Below are positions 51,241 to 63,538 of a stretch of DNA of 64,000 nucleotides, in pieces. Within the stretch, counting starts at the first letter, position 1, and each line of letters opens with the position of its first letter. The notes under the pieces were generated by a model. It made no database searches. It had not been told where the DNA came from and worked only from the letters and a program-made list of their open reading frames with translations. The stretch spans positions 14,912,485 through 14,976,484 of the forward strand of contig NC_134027.1 in NCBI RefSeq assembly GCF_964204645.1, in the 5' to 3' direction. Source of the stretch: Tubulanus polymorphus. Taxonomy: Eukaryota > Animalia > Nemertea. Made by a program: the position numbers and the translations under genes.

Positions 51241-53366
51241 ATACAAGCTTTCCAATAATTAAATCATTAGCTTTGGTCACAGCAGAGCTAAAAACAAACT
51301 CGACAAACTCTTTTTAACTGGCAATTCTATATTTATTGTCCACTTCTAGTACAAAATCTTATTCAATGTACAGAGACCCTGACTAGAGGACGACATGTTA
51401 TGTATTTTATGACAGTTTTTTTCGGCCTAAAGCCAATCATAATTCCAATTGCATGCTCCCTCGTGTAGCTCTATAAACCTCATCACTGTATCAGAATCAA
51501 GGAGTTGCACCGTTATTTCGAATCTCATTTCATGACGATTAGTGCTGAATCTGTTATTCTCTTTGATTCGTGATTGACATTACTTTCTGAAATTAAACCA
51601 ATATACATATCACTAAAATTTAAACCTGGATTGACTTTTCAATTCATGTCTCATCCGTTTTTCAAACTTACCATGATACATAACAAGTTGAGCTCATTTA
51701 ATTTGATACACATAACATCTAATTCTTAAGAAATCCAGAGTTGTATCACAGTAAATCATCATCAGAACACACACCTACAATAGACAATCAACAGAATATT
51801 TATAATAAGTACTTACTGTTCACAAATTTTAAAAGACATTGAAGTGAAGTAAGTGAAGTTACCTGTCGTATATTTTCACCACACTGAATTGACTGCTAAT
51901 GTCCAGTCACATTCAGAATAATCAATCAGTCATCTTAAGTGAACAAACAAATTGCCGGTGCCGTAGCCACTGTAGTATGGCTGGTTCAGTTCAGTTGTTA
52001 ATGTTGTCAATTGACGACCGTTCCTTTTGAGTAGCGTAGGTTTTGACGGCGCTGTAACGGAGACATCCTGAATTGTATGTCGATATTTTCGAGGCCACAC
52101 ACAGTACAGGTGCCCGCTGAAGCGTTACCTGATAGTTTTAGTCGAGTTTCTTTCTTCATTGATGTAAAAATCAACTTTTAAGCGGTCCATGGAGCAGAGC
52201 TGCCAACCCTTGAAAATGGATTTGAGGGACAGAGATCCTCATTTTCTGGGACTCTCTCACGTATGCAAGCTTCAATTAATAAGAATCTTTCTGGTATTAT
52301 CCAACGGTTTCCGGACTCGAAAGATATTCTTTCGAAATTTCAATCACGTTTACCCTCCCTACTTTATATCTATGGGCTCCCTAAAATCCATAAGAAAGAT
52401 GTTCCGCTGCGCCCCATTGTATCTAATTGTAATTGCCCTCTTATCGCTTATCCAAATTTCTGGCTAAACAATTATCCCCGGCTCTTGGTTCTTTCTCCCC
52501 CTCGCATTTACGACACAACCAAGATTTATTAGAACGGTTAAAACACATTATTCCTGGTAACGATAAATTCATTACCTTTGATGCTAGTTCTCTTTTTACC
52601 AATGTTCCCCTTAGGCCTACCCTGGATTTTCTCAAACGTAAACTTCCTTCCCTGGAATTTAATTTTGACATTCCTTCTGACTGTATTATCGAACTAATTG
52701 AACTTTGCACTCAGAACTCCTTCTTTAGTTTCAACAATTCATATTTCGAACAGGTTTTTGGCATGGCTATGCGGAACCCGCTTAGTCCCATTCTAGCTAA
52801 TCTATTCCAGGAACACGTTGAAACCGAATTACTACCTCTTTACACAGATACTCCCCCTAAACTTTGGTTACGATACGTTGACGATATTCTTGCCCTTATA
52901 CCTTTTGACTTTGATATTGATCAATTTCTCACATTTATTAACTCTTTTTATCCCTCTTTGAACTTCACATTTGAATAGGAAGTTGATGGAAAAATTCCTT
53001 TCCTTGATGTTTATATTCACAATTGTTTGTCTTGTTTAAAATTCTCAGTTTATAGGAAACCAACCCATTCTGGATCATACCTGCATTATTTCTCCTTCAC
53101 TGCTCATAACATTGAACTTAGTGTTGCCAGGCTTATTCCTTCCTGCGTTAAGGATTTGTGACCCCCTTTTTTTGGATGATGAATTAACCCAGATCAAGAC
53201 TTCTCTTAATAAATTAGCGTACCCCGAAGACATTTTGAATAAAGCTCTCTTGAGAGCCAGTCGTTCACATTTCTGTCATTCTCAAGGGACCCGCGTGCAT
53301 AAACAGCCTATTATTGTACCTCTTGTTTCTTTTCTGGAAAAATCTAAAACTCCCCTCCATCTCTTA

Positions 53367-54159
53367 AGGCTGGCTTATGTCGACAAGCAACGCAACGCCT
53401 ACCGACGCAACTGGGTTTATCGCCGATTAGCAGCAACTAGCGACCTACGAGAGGCTGCTAGTTGCTGCTCTATCGGTTCGACATGAGCCGACTTGCGACA
53501 GCAACCCGACGCCTACCGACTCGTTGCAAGCCGTATCCGGCTAGTTGCCCATGTTCTACTCTGGCCTACGGTAGGCGGACAGTTGCTTTCGATCGCAACC
53601 GACATAAGCTCATCTGCGACGCGACGGAACTGAGCGCAGGGGTTCCAGCCAATAGGAGACCGCATATACATAGTACAAAACATCACCGCTAGTTAGCGTC
53701 ATTAGTCATGAACTTTCAAATTCAAGTAGTTCAAAATGTAAACCAAACCTTCAGCCCGGCAGATGACTAGACCGAAGATCTAGAAACGAAGTTGGCAAAA
53801 TTATGGTGTGAGCGGCCATCTTTATATAATGTCGATAGCACATTGTATTCAAAACCGAATCAGAAAGATTAAGATCTTAAAGAAATAGCTTTATAATAGA
53901 AATATATTTCCCAATACCCGGTAATTAAAATTTATCCACAAAATTCTTATCACGTGACCATTTGAACCGTTGCAGTTGCTGGAAATCGCAACCGACATAA
54001 GCAGGGAAGCAACTGGAAGGGTCCCGTATCCCGCTAGTCGGCCTCAGTTGCTGCGAATCGGAGCGCAGTCGATATAAGCCGGGCTGCGATCGCGGTTGCT
54101 CTCAGTTGCGTCGGTAGGAGTCGGTAGGCGTCGCGTTGCTTGTCGACATAAGCCAGCCT
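53367..54159 (+). mobile_element. Harbinger non-autonomous element with MADF remnant
   Basis: Long TIRs AGGCTGGCTTATGTCGACAAGCAACGC, TTA TSD. Internal TEDLETKLAKLWCERPSLYNV..LYS (MADF/Myb-like) at about 53770-53890. Confidence 0.85.
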
Positions 54160-54449
54160 TTAAACAAACTCAATTTTACTTATAACAACAAACTTAGTCA
54201 TAATCTTACTCATAACTCCCCCAAAATTGAACCCCTGAACATTGGTGTATATCAAGTTCCCTGAAAAGTTTGTAACAAAATATATATTGGTGAAACCGGG
54301 CACGATTTACATAAACGCATCCGTGAACATGGGAATGATGTTAAGAATTTTAAACCTGAAAGTGGTGTTGCTAATCACGTATACGAAACCAGCCACAATT
54401 TTGATTTTGAAAATGCTTCCATAATTTTCCCCTGTCCGGAAAAGATTAA

Positions 54450-57400
54450 GGGTAGACGCGGGTCCCGATATGGTAGTTTTCGTAAAAATTTTCGGTTTTG
54501 ACATAAGGTCATTTCCGGGTTCTATAAACTGTTATTGACATGAATAAAGCTTAGTTTTTGTGGAATAAAGTCTGCTTTTTACAAGAAATAGATTTTTATT
54601 TGTATTGTCTTATCATCTGCTGCAAATGATAAGCTTATTGTGTCCAAAAAGGCTCAATTTTGAGCCCTGGATACGGCCCTAAAATCATCGTTCAGTGCCA
54701 TCAAACCGGTACGAGAAGACGCAGAAAAGTCAGCTGATTCTGTTTACGTTTTCCATATTAGGAAATCATCGGTAGTTTCCGTGAAACTCCGATTATTAAG
54801 TAGCATCTAGACTGCCGAGGATTTCCTTATACGGCAGCCGCTCATTAGCATTGACGTCATCGTTCCAACGATCTCCTTATTTGTCATTCGTAGGTTTGCA
54901 CAGTCGCAGTGCGCTATTCACGAGTCACGTGATTAGCAACGTACTGTATTCTGAACCCGGAAGTATAAACATTATCAACTAAAATTACTGTAAAATATCA
55001 TCAAAACGAATCATTCATCAATTATAAAATGCCGCTAAGTAAAAATCGTTCGAAGAATAAATATAAGAGTGGAAAACGGCGTCGGAGTAACGAAACGCGC
55101 GGGAGAAAGCCGAAAGCAAGTGAGTTACCAGACGGCGAAATATGCATGAATTTTGTTGAAAATGTTGATTTTCCCCTTAGTGAACCACAGCCCAGTACAA
55201 GCACGGGAGTTGTGAGCGGTAACAACAGGCCTACAGTGGAGAATAACCCTAACCCGAGCCAGAACAAGAGGCGATCGGTGCAACAAGAAAAAAATTCGAT
55301 TTATTTCGTAACGCACCCAATTTATTGAATGAGTCTCAACCAGCACCTTACAATCCACAACTAGAAGAACAAGGAGACGTCCCTGTTGGTGAAAATGAGT
55401 TTATTATTGCACAAGTGAGTGTTTTGAATAAAATATTGGCTGCCACTCGTGTCAATTGCCCGGAATGTAGAAGATATCAGCTGGCTCGTATAGAAATCGG
55501 TACTCGGAAAGGATTTTCAGTATTACTGAAGTTAGTTTGCAATGACTGTGATACAGTAATCAAACAATCAATGAGCAGTGAGAGAATCCCAAATGAAGGC
55601 GTACACCCAGCTTCAACACCGTTAGAAATCAATCAGCGAACAGTTTTAGCTTCAAAAGAGATAGGAATCGGGTCTGAACAATTAAACGCCATGTTTGGTG
55701 TTATGAATGTTGTCGGCGGCCTCCATCATAAATCATATTCTCATATAAGCAAAACTTTCCAACAGACATCGACACAGGCTGTAATTGAACATTTTGAGTC
55801 CGTGCACGAGCTTGTAAAGCAAGCTTATAGAGACCTTGGTGACACTGGTAATGTTGTCGACATAGGTGCAAGTTTTGACGGCATCTGGATGAGGAGAGGA
55901 CATTATTCGTTATACAGCGCCGGCTTTATCATAGACAACATTACTGGTTTGGTTTTAGATTATGACGTCAAGTCTAAATACTGCTTTGAATGTCAAGTTG
56001 TTGGGAAAAAGCTAGCCGGCGAGGAAAAACAAACCTGGTTGGAAATTCACAGCACAAATTGTAGCAAAATCTACGGTGGAGCATCAGGCAATATGGAGCC
56101 TGCAATGGCAGTTACTCTGTGGGGTAGATCCCTCGACGCCACTGGAATGCGATATACGACATTCACAGGTGATGGGGACAGCAAAACTCTTTGAGAGATT
56201 TTAGAAATTAATCCGTACGGTGATGGTCATCCGGTTGTAAAAGAAGAGTGCATCAACCACATCCAGAAGCGCATGTACTCTGGTTTGACCTCTCTAGCTA
56301 CAGACATATCGAAACAAAGTGGCGGTAAGGAAACTATTCGTGGTCGTGGAAAAGTTACCAAAAATCCAATGCACAGATGGCAGAGCTATTTTCGTAATGC
56401 CATCACAGAAAATGACAGTGTAGAGGACATGCAGAATGCCATCTGGGCAATTATTTTCCACTCCACAGTCACACCAAACTGCCCAGATGATCGAAAGCAC
56501 AGTCGCTGCGGGGATTGGTGCTGGTACAAAATATCTATAAGTCAGCAAAGAGATCCTGAAACAGTGAGGTCTGAAAAGAAGATAGATCCAGATCTGCCAA
56601 ATGAAGTTGGCCAAAAAATCATCCCTCTGTTCACGAGACTCACAGATCGAGATTTGTTGTCGCGTTGCTGTAAAAAACGCACGCAGAACGCAAATGAGTC
56701 GCTACATTCGACCCTTTGGAGGAAAGTACCAAAAACTAAATTTGTTACTCTCCCAACATTAGAAACAGTTGTTTCACTCTCCGTTATAGAGTGGAACAAA
56801 GGTAGAATGGCAGCAATACAGGATAATCTAAATGTAATCGGTTTAGAACAATTGGGAAACTGGACAAAACATGTTCTTTCAAAGAAAGATCGGCAACGTG
56901 AAAAAGAGTCCAAAAACGCTCCCAAAAGGACAGCAAAGCTCACAGATTGGAGCAGAAACTATCAAAAAGAAAAAAGGAAGACAAAGATGATGCTACAGAA
57001 CAATTTTAAGGTGCAGGAATATGTAGCAACAATGAATAAATAAGATAATTTTGGTAATTTATTTAGTTCTACTTAACACGCGATTTTCTCAAAACGGCAT
57101 TTTTCAGGGTTTGGAAAAATCGTTCGCGGAAACTACAAAAGATATCTATTTGAAACTTTCAGGATTGCTTTATAAGACATCATTGTATGCAAATAAGCAG
57201 GTTTTGTTGATCCTTGTGTTTTGGGTCCATAAATATTTGACAAAATGTAAAAAAAAATTGTGTCCGTATATGGACACAAAAATAAAATTTTTTTTCTAAT
57301 TCTAAATGCCTTTATCTTATGAAATATGCTTATTTGCATCAAATGAGGTCTTATAAATATGAGAGGAATAAATTTCAGGGGGGTAAATAATTTTTCTAAA

Positions 57401-57578
57401 ATTGGGCGTCAGCAGTATTCACAAATTTCCCGTAACTATGGCAACCATTGATGGAATTACCTGAAATTTTGTCCATAGCATCCACATTATAGTCTGAGTA
57501 TGCTCTGCAAATTTCATTGCTCTAGCTAAAGTGGAAGCTGAGATATGTTGTATGACCTCTGGGGACCCACGTCTACCC
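54450..57578 (+). mobile_element. Kolobok (Hydra-type) DNA transposon, complete ends
   Basis: TIRs GGGTAGACG(C/T)GGGTCCC, TTAA TSD (54446-54449, 57579-57582). Removing it restores the Penelope frame ..PEKI|KRHIMES. Confidence 0.85.
55029..57043 (+). pseudogene. Kolobok/Mutator-like-domain DDE transposase, one frameshift and one stop
   Basis: CPEC, GFS.LL.L.C..C, EINQRTVLA, SFDGIWMRRGHYS, GLVLDY.V.SKYC.EC, C..IY.G.SG.ME, RY..F.GDGDSK, KEECINH.QKR, H..C..WC.Y, TQNANESLHS.LW.KVPK. Confidence 0.85.
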
Positions 57579-58031
57579 TTAAACGACACATTATGGAATC
57601 GGCTCTGATTATTGAAAACTCAGGAAATTGTGTTAATTTGAATAACGGTTTCTCCCCCCACAACATTTTGATCTCCAAATTATTATCTTGTACCCCCGTT
57701 ATATTAATTTCCCCCCCATTATTTTTGCCTTGAACATCGTCTGCTTGTTTCCACTCACTCTCTGATTATTGCCTTTCATGTTCCTTCTCTTTGTTTTCAT
57801 CTGATTACCCCTTAGCTTGTCCTCACGTTTTAATCACTTTAGTTTGTGTCCTTTGTTAATAAATTACTTTAATCAACATTGCCCCTTATTTGCCTATGCT
57901 TACTTAACCATCGTTTTTCAGCTATTATGTCATCACTTTAATCTATTGCCTTTCAATATTTTAATCACTCACTCCGTTTTCTATTGTTTTGGTCTTGTAT
58001 AAATATCTTGTAATATTCTCCTGTTCTCAGT

Positions 58032-58073
58032 ACGCCTGATGATGGCTAATAGTCTTAAGCCGAAACGTTGCGC
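58032..58073 (+). ncRNA. Minimal type I hammerhead ribozyme in the Penelope pLTR
   Basis: CGC-CTGATGA-T-GGCT aatagtctta AGCC-GAAAC-GTT-GCG: intact core, stem II, palindromic ACGT stem III, stem I CGC/GCG. Confidence 0.8.
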
Positions 58074-58614
58074 AAATATATATACTCTTCAACTCAAGTT
58101 TCTCGTTTTGGTTGAATTTATTGTGGGATTTCTCTCATTATAATCATACACGGATATTGTGTATCTTCTCGTTCTCACAATTTCTAACATTGAAAATTCA
58201 AAGGTGGCCATGTTTGTTTCCGCTGCTTCGCTTAAAATCGACACGGTTTGGGGACAATACGTCCCGAAGTAAAATCGTACATAATACTGCGGGTTCACAT
58301 GAACACCTGGGGCCAGTTTCACAAAGCATAATTAACCCTTAATTATGATTACATCACTAATCATGATTAAATTGTCATGATTAAATCAAGTAAGGTGTTT
58401 CACAAAACGTTATTAACTTCAATGGTAGCGGGTTTTCCCCAGTGACTCACATAGACATGCTCTGTACAGCATAAACCGTTGATGCTGAATGACTTTGTTT
58501 ACGAATAACATACACTGTGTATGGAATTAGAATGAAGTTTGTTAGACAATTTATTGTTATAGATTGAACAATTATCAAGATTCATTGTCTCGATTCATTG
58601 CCTTGATTCATTTG

Positions 58615-59875
58615 GCACCGTCACGTTGATGATATTCTTCGTTTCGTTTCCCCTGATTTTAATGTGAATGGGTTCTTACATTATTTGAACTCTTTATATC
58701 CTACTTTGAATTTCACTTTTGAGTGGGAAGAAAATAACTGCATCCCGTTTCTCGATGTACTCATTCATAATTTCAAAACAAATTTGAAATTCTCTGTATA
58801 TAGAAAACCGACTAATGCTGAAGCTTATCTTCATTTTTTCTCATTTACTCCTTTGAACATCAAAATTGGAATGGCCCAAGGATTATTTCTTCGAGCTCTA
58901 CGTCTTTGTGATCAAATGTTTTTAGATAAAGAAATCAAACATATAAAAACTGCTCTCAAGAAACTAGCCTATCCAGACAAAATTTTGAACAAAGCTTATT
59001 TCAAAGCCCGAATTTCTCACTTTGGACGTAGTGACCTGACCACAAAATGCAGAGCTCAAAAGAATATTATAATCCCGTATTTACCTACTTTGGAACGCTT
59101 GAAATCCACATTAAGCACCATCGACAATAGATTAGTCTTTCAGTATAATAACAAACTCACTAATGTTTTAACCAAAAAAATAATCCCAACAGTGAGCTAA
59201 TTGAGTCCGGGGTCTATAAGATACCATGGAAAGACTGTAATATGATGTACATCGGCGAAAGGGACGTAATCTTAGTCAGTGTATTAAAGAACACAAAATA
59301 GATATCCGCAACCAAAAGCCTGAGAGTGGAATAGCAAATCATGTCTCTACAACCAATCACCAATTTGACTTACAGAATTCGAAACTTATCTATCCTTGAA
59401 AAGATATTCATAAGAGACACATAGTGGAATCAGCCCTAATATGTAAACTGTCGAAATCCAATTTATCTACTAATTTAAATACTGGTTTTTCTCCACATAA
59501 CCAATTATTATCCAGACACATCAACTCTATATTAGATTTGGGTTAATGTCACTATGTGTCACTCTGTTATCGCCACCCTCTCCAGTCCACTTCACTTGGT
59601 TACATGATTTGTTTTTACTCTGAACTGGTTAGAATTGCTGTGGTTTCTACGGTACCCCTTGATGTTTTTATTGCTTGGTCTGTTTATCGTTAGTTTTGAC
59701 ACACTGCTTCTATTTTAGATCCTGTGAGTTTATATGCTTATGCTTTGTTACTTGTTTTTCTGGTCATTCCACCTGATGATGGCCATTAGTCAACAACAGA
59801 GACGTTGTGGTTTCATAATAACAAATTTGATAGCATCATTTTAAATTCAAAGTGTGGGATTTCTTCATTCATGCG
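58615..59875 (+). mobile_element. Second Penelope-like element, 5'-truncated
   Basis: W.RHVDDI, FT.EWEENNCIPFLDV, YRKPT, GVYKIP.KDC.MMYIGE, KRHIVESALI..NLNTG. Degenerate hammerhead CCAC-CTGATGA..GAGAC-GTT-GTGG at 59769-59810. Confidence 0.85.
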
Positions 59876-60353
59876 AATATTGATTTAGATGCTCGAATCG
59901 ATAGCATTTTATTTTAGTGAAAAGCCAGTGCAATACAGCCCCTGCGGGGCTGTCCGCAGCTGAGCTGCCACTAATTGAACCATTTAATCATCATTAGTTT
60001 ATTATTAAAAACCAAAAGCTGCAGATGTTATCCATGGAATTCGGTGTTTAATAATTGACGAATTTATTTTGCTGACTGAGGCCAGTTTCTATTTAAAAAC
60101 ATCATGCTAAGAGAGACATCTTGCTAAGTTGTTCCATTGGTTCCTGAGACCTTTCAGAGCAAACTTTTACTTCCAAAGGAGTAAATTTCTCTTTTCTTCT
60201 AAATAAGGAAGGATGTCGATGCTTTGACAGCAGATGGCTGTCTAAAGTTCTGCCATTTTGATACAGCTAAATTACAATTAAGTTGCCTAATTATGTAATT
60301 AGTTAAATTTGTTATTTGTTGTCGTGAAACACAATTTAAATCGTAATTAACTA

Positions 60354-61250
60354 ACAAGAGCCCCAAGGGGCACTATGGCCAGCCTGTCAGCTTTTCATAA
60401 AATGGCAAATGATGATGCATTCTGTGGGTTAAATTTGTCAAAACACACTCCCAGCTCACTGTCAATATCTAATAATTTACACAATACAATCGTAGAATAC
60501 AAAAGTAGCACTGACAGCGACTGGATCTGGCAGGAACAAATACCTCAGATAAATTTTACCCTTGGTCTTATTGATTTTAATGCGGTATAGAAATGAATTT
60601 TCTGAAATTTGCTCAATAAAACAAAATTGAATTGGATTTGATGTTTTTATTTGTTCCATAAAGTAAAATTGAATTGGATTTGATATTTTTTTCAGAATAA
60701 AATTTGATTGAATTTGTAGTTTGAGCACATGGCTGATTAGCATATCAACGTCATCTATCCGATTTGAGAAAAAGCAATTTTTCCCGTACTTTGCACAATG
60801 GTTAATGATATTTTCTGTAGTGCTAATAAAAATATTCCTCCCAAAAACCAGATCAACTAAAAGCTTTCACAGAAATCGATCTTGAAATACAATTTTAGAT
60901 CTTAAAATAAAACCCGGAAGTAAAACGGTAGACGATACCACGGGTTCACGTGAACACCTGCTGATTTCTGCGGCTAAGCCAATCATAGAGGAGTCATTGC
61001 TTTCTGATTGGCTTTTCAAAAGCAATATTTTTGTGATCAGATATTCGCGAAAAAGCTCATATAAATTTCAACGAGGCTCTCTTTCAAAATTCAGCAACGG
61101 TGAGTTTGGAGAATGGATAATGCTTTAATGAATGATCTGTATGAATATATGCCAAGTTGCACATTCGAAGAGCCTTTGCTCTTGAAACCATGCCATTTAA
61201 ATTCGCTCCATTTGTATAGTAATAGGCTCAGCCTACGGCTGGCCTAATAA
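60354..61250 (-). mobile_element. HINE family C copy
   Basis: AACAAGAGCCCCAAGGGGC hairpin plus GGCCAGCC subTIR at the start, AGGCTCAGCCTACGGCTGGCCTAAT at the end. Homologous to 5265-5675 and 61327-61530. Confidence 0.75.
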
Positions 61251-62274
61251 TGATTAAAGAAATTTAATCATGATTTAGGTCCTAGTTATAATTAAAGTTA
61301 ATTTTGCTTTGTGAAACCGGTCCCAGCTGATCTCTGCAGCTAAGCCAATCATAGAGGATAACGAGGCCCTTTTTCAAAATTCAGCTTCATAGGAGTGGAT
61401 AATACTTTAATGAATGATTTGTATGAATATATGCTCAGTTGCACAGTCAAAGAGCCTTTGCTCCGGAAACCATGTCATTTAAATTCACTCCATTTGTATA
61501 GTAATAGGCTCAGCCTAAGGCTGGCCTAAAAAGCTCATAAGGCCTTTTTTTAATAGCTTGGTTTACGGGGTAGACCTATTGAAATATCATTTCGGAGGAA
61601 ATAAAAATTTTAAAAAAATACCCTCAGTTAGATAAAATCACTTTTTGAAGGAAGAGGGAACAGTCAATAGGGCAATATACATATGTCCAAACAAATGATT
61701 CTTTGAAAGTTCGAATTCTGCATGCACACTGTGATCAAAAAAGAACCTCGCGCTTTTCAATTTTTTCATGATTCAAGCTAGGATTCTCATTCGATGGAGG
61801 TGAAAAACTATTTTTGCTCGTTTTTCCATTGAATTTGTTCCACAGAAGGGAATTAAAATGTACAGGGTAATGTACAGGGTAGATAGGCGGCCGGGTCAAC
61901 TTTTAATCTCAGCAGAGCAGAGAAAAAAGGTATTGATTTCATTAGCCTAAAAGTATGATTTTATTCATATTTTCAGACATGAAGATATGATTCATTCCAC
62001 TCTCATATAATCAAAGACCAACCTTAAGGACTAATTCATTTTGTCTTTCCACAAAATCAAAGATTTATGATGGTTTGAACTAACCAGTGCTGAATGCTTT
62101 ATAATCGCGTATCACAGCAAATACAAAACAAAAATCATAAAATTCCACAATTCCAGCACTATACCATACTGTATCAAAGGATTAAATCCATTATAATGAT
62201 ACACAAATTGATATTCTTCCTATTCAATATTGTTCATATTGCCCTTTCAACAAGCTTAATTCATGAATACTTAA

Positions 62275-63223
62275 AGGCCAAGTTAAATGGAAGTCCAAAA
62301 CCCACCGGGTGGTACTTGAGATTTGCAGTGCAGGCCACATCCCACTAGCAACTAGCAAGCGGTAGTTGTTAATAATGTTTACTGGAACACATCTGGCTCA
62401 CACCAGTATCACAGTGATGAATAAAAAATATTGCAACCACAAAAAATCTTTACCGCGAATAATCAACAGAAACGCCATCTACCGACTAATGAGGTGCTAT
62501 GATGAAAACCTTTAGGTGAAACGACGATAATTTACACATTTCACAGCGCACTGCGGGGCTCGACCTACCATCGAGCATGAATGTGAAGCCAATGTTTTTC
62601 CGTCTGGACCTAGGATCGAGCATGAACTTAAAATTAATTAGAGTTAATTAGAATTCACTAGAATTCATTTTGTAGATGTTTTTTGATAAGAATTCCTCCA
62701 GTAATAATCGATTTGAAAATAAAATCTGTATTTCAATTTATTCAATTTTTGTTCCATTTTGATGAAATTTTCACACATTGTTACTGATGAGTTTACTTGA
62801 TATATAAATTTTCAGTTTGATACAACTTTCAGGTAAAAAGTTTTTTAACCCCCCAAAATTACGCACTAGAGAGCTGCAACTCTTTTGTTTATAAAGGTTT
62901 ATGACAACAAGTCACTGTGCTCTCAGTGGTGAGGTGGATGACTTCTCCCAGCTTGTCATTCAAAGATTTGAAAATTTGAAGAATGTAATAAGTAAATTGC
63001 TAATTTATGCATGAAGGAGGGCTTAAACGAAATTTTAAGCCATAGATGTGACTATATTACATGTTTACATATATTCCTGGCAAAAAGGAGGGTCCAAATT
63101 GGTTAACTGACAGAAATACTAGGGAAATACCAGTATCAACCACCGGAGCTCTTAACAGCTCCGTGGGTTCAGAGATACTGCTATGTTTGACAGGGATGGG
63201 CCTTTCATACTCAAAGTCGGCCT
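62275..63223. mobile_element. Kolobok-type MITE
   Basis: TTAA|AGGCCAAGTT ... AAAGTCGGCCT|TTAA. Internal homology to 35890-36360. Confidence 0.6.
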
Positions 63224-63538
63224 TTAAATTGGGCTCTTAGCTACTCAGCTACTCAAAAACTTTAATCTTCAAATCACAGAAGTACTACATTGCATACAGG
63301 GTTTCACAGTACATTTGATGTAGATATTTTGAACAGGAAAGTACAACGCAATCTCTAAATTATTCAGGATAAGAACAGCCACCATGGAAAACAAACCAAA
63401 ATAATAAGGTTGACTGCTTCAGAGTGACTGCTTTTTAATGTATACTACTGGAAAAATAGCCATTATTGTTAATTGTGTAATGTTCCCTTAATGAAAATAA
63501 AGGACCAATGGTCCAGTGGCACACCAAACTGTAAAGTA

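Larger units (their letters stand above)
52230..58175 (+). mobile_element. Penelope-like retroelement (RT + GIY-YIG), 5'-truncated, split by two DNA transposons
   Basis: YGLPKIHK.DVPLRPIVS, FDASSLFTNVP, FGMAM.NPLSP.LANL, WLRYVDD, IPFLDV, YRKPTH. GIY-YIG GVYQVP..C..IYIGETG..L.KRI.EH at about 54245, rejoining KRHIMESALI at 57581. pLTR with hammerhead. Confidence 0.9.
58310..61323. mobile_element. Harbinger-type MITE (CWG target) expanded by nested insertions
   Basis: TIRs GG(G/A)CC(A/G)GTTTCACAAAGC with flanks CTG/CAG. It splits a HINE-C copy at GAACACCTG^CTGATC (compare 5388-5405 and 60952-60970). Confidence 0.75.

Noticed and set aside
56294-56943. Minus-strand ORFs of 106 and 133 aa as a second Kolobok gene
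   Set aside because: They are shadow frames of the transposase with no independent motifs.
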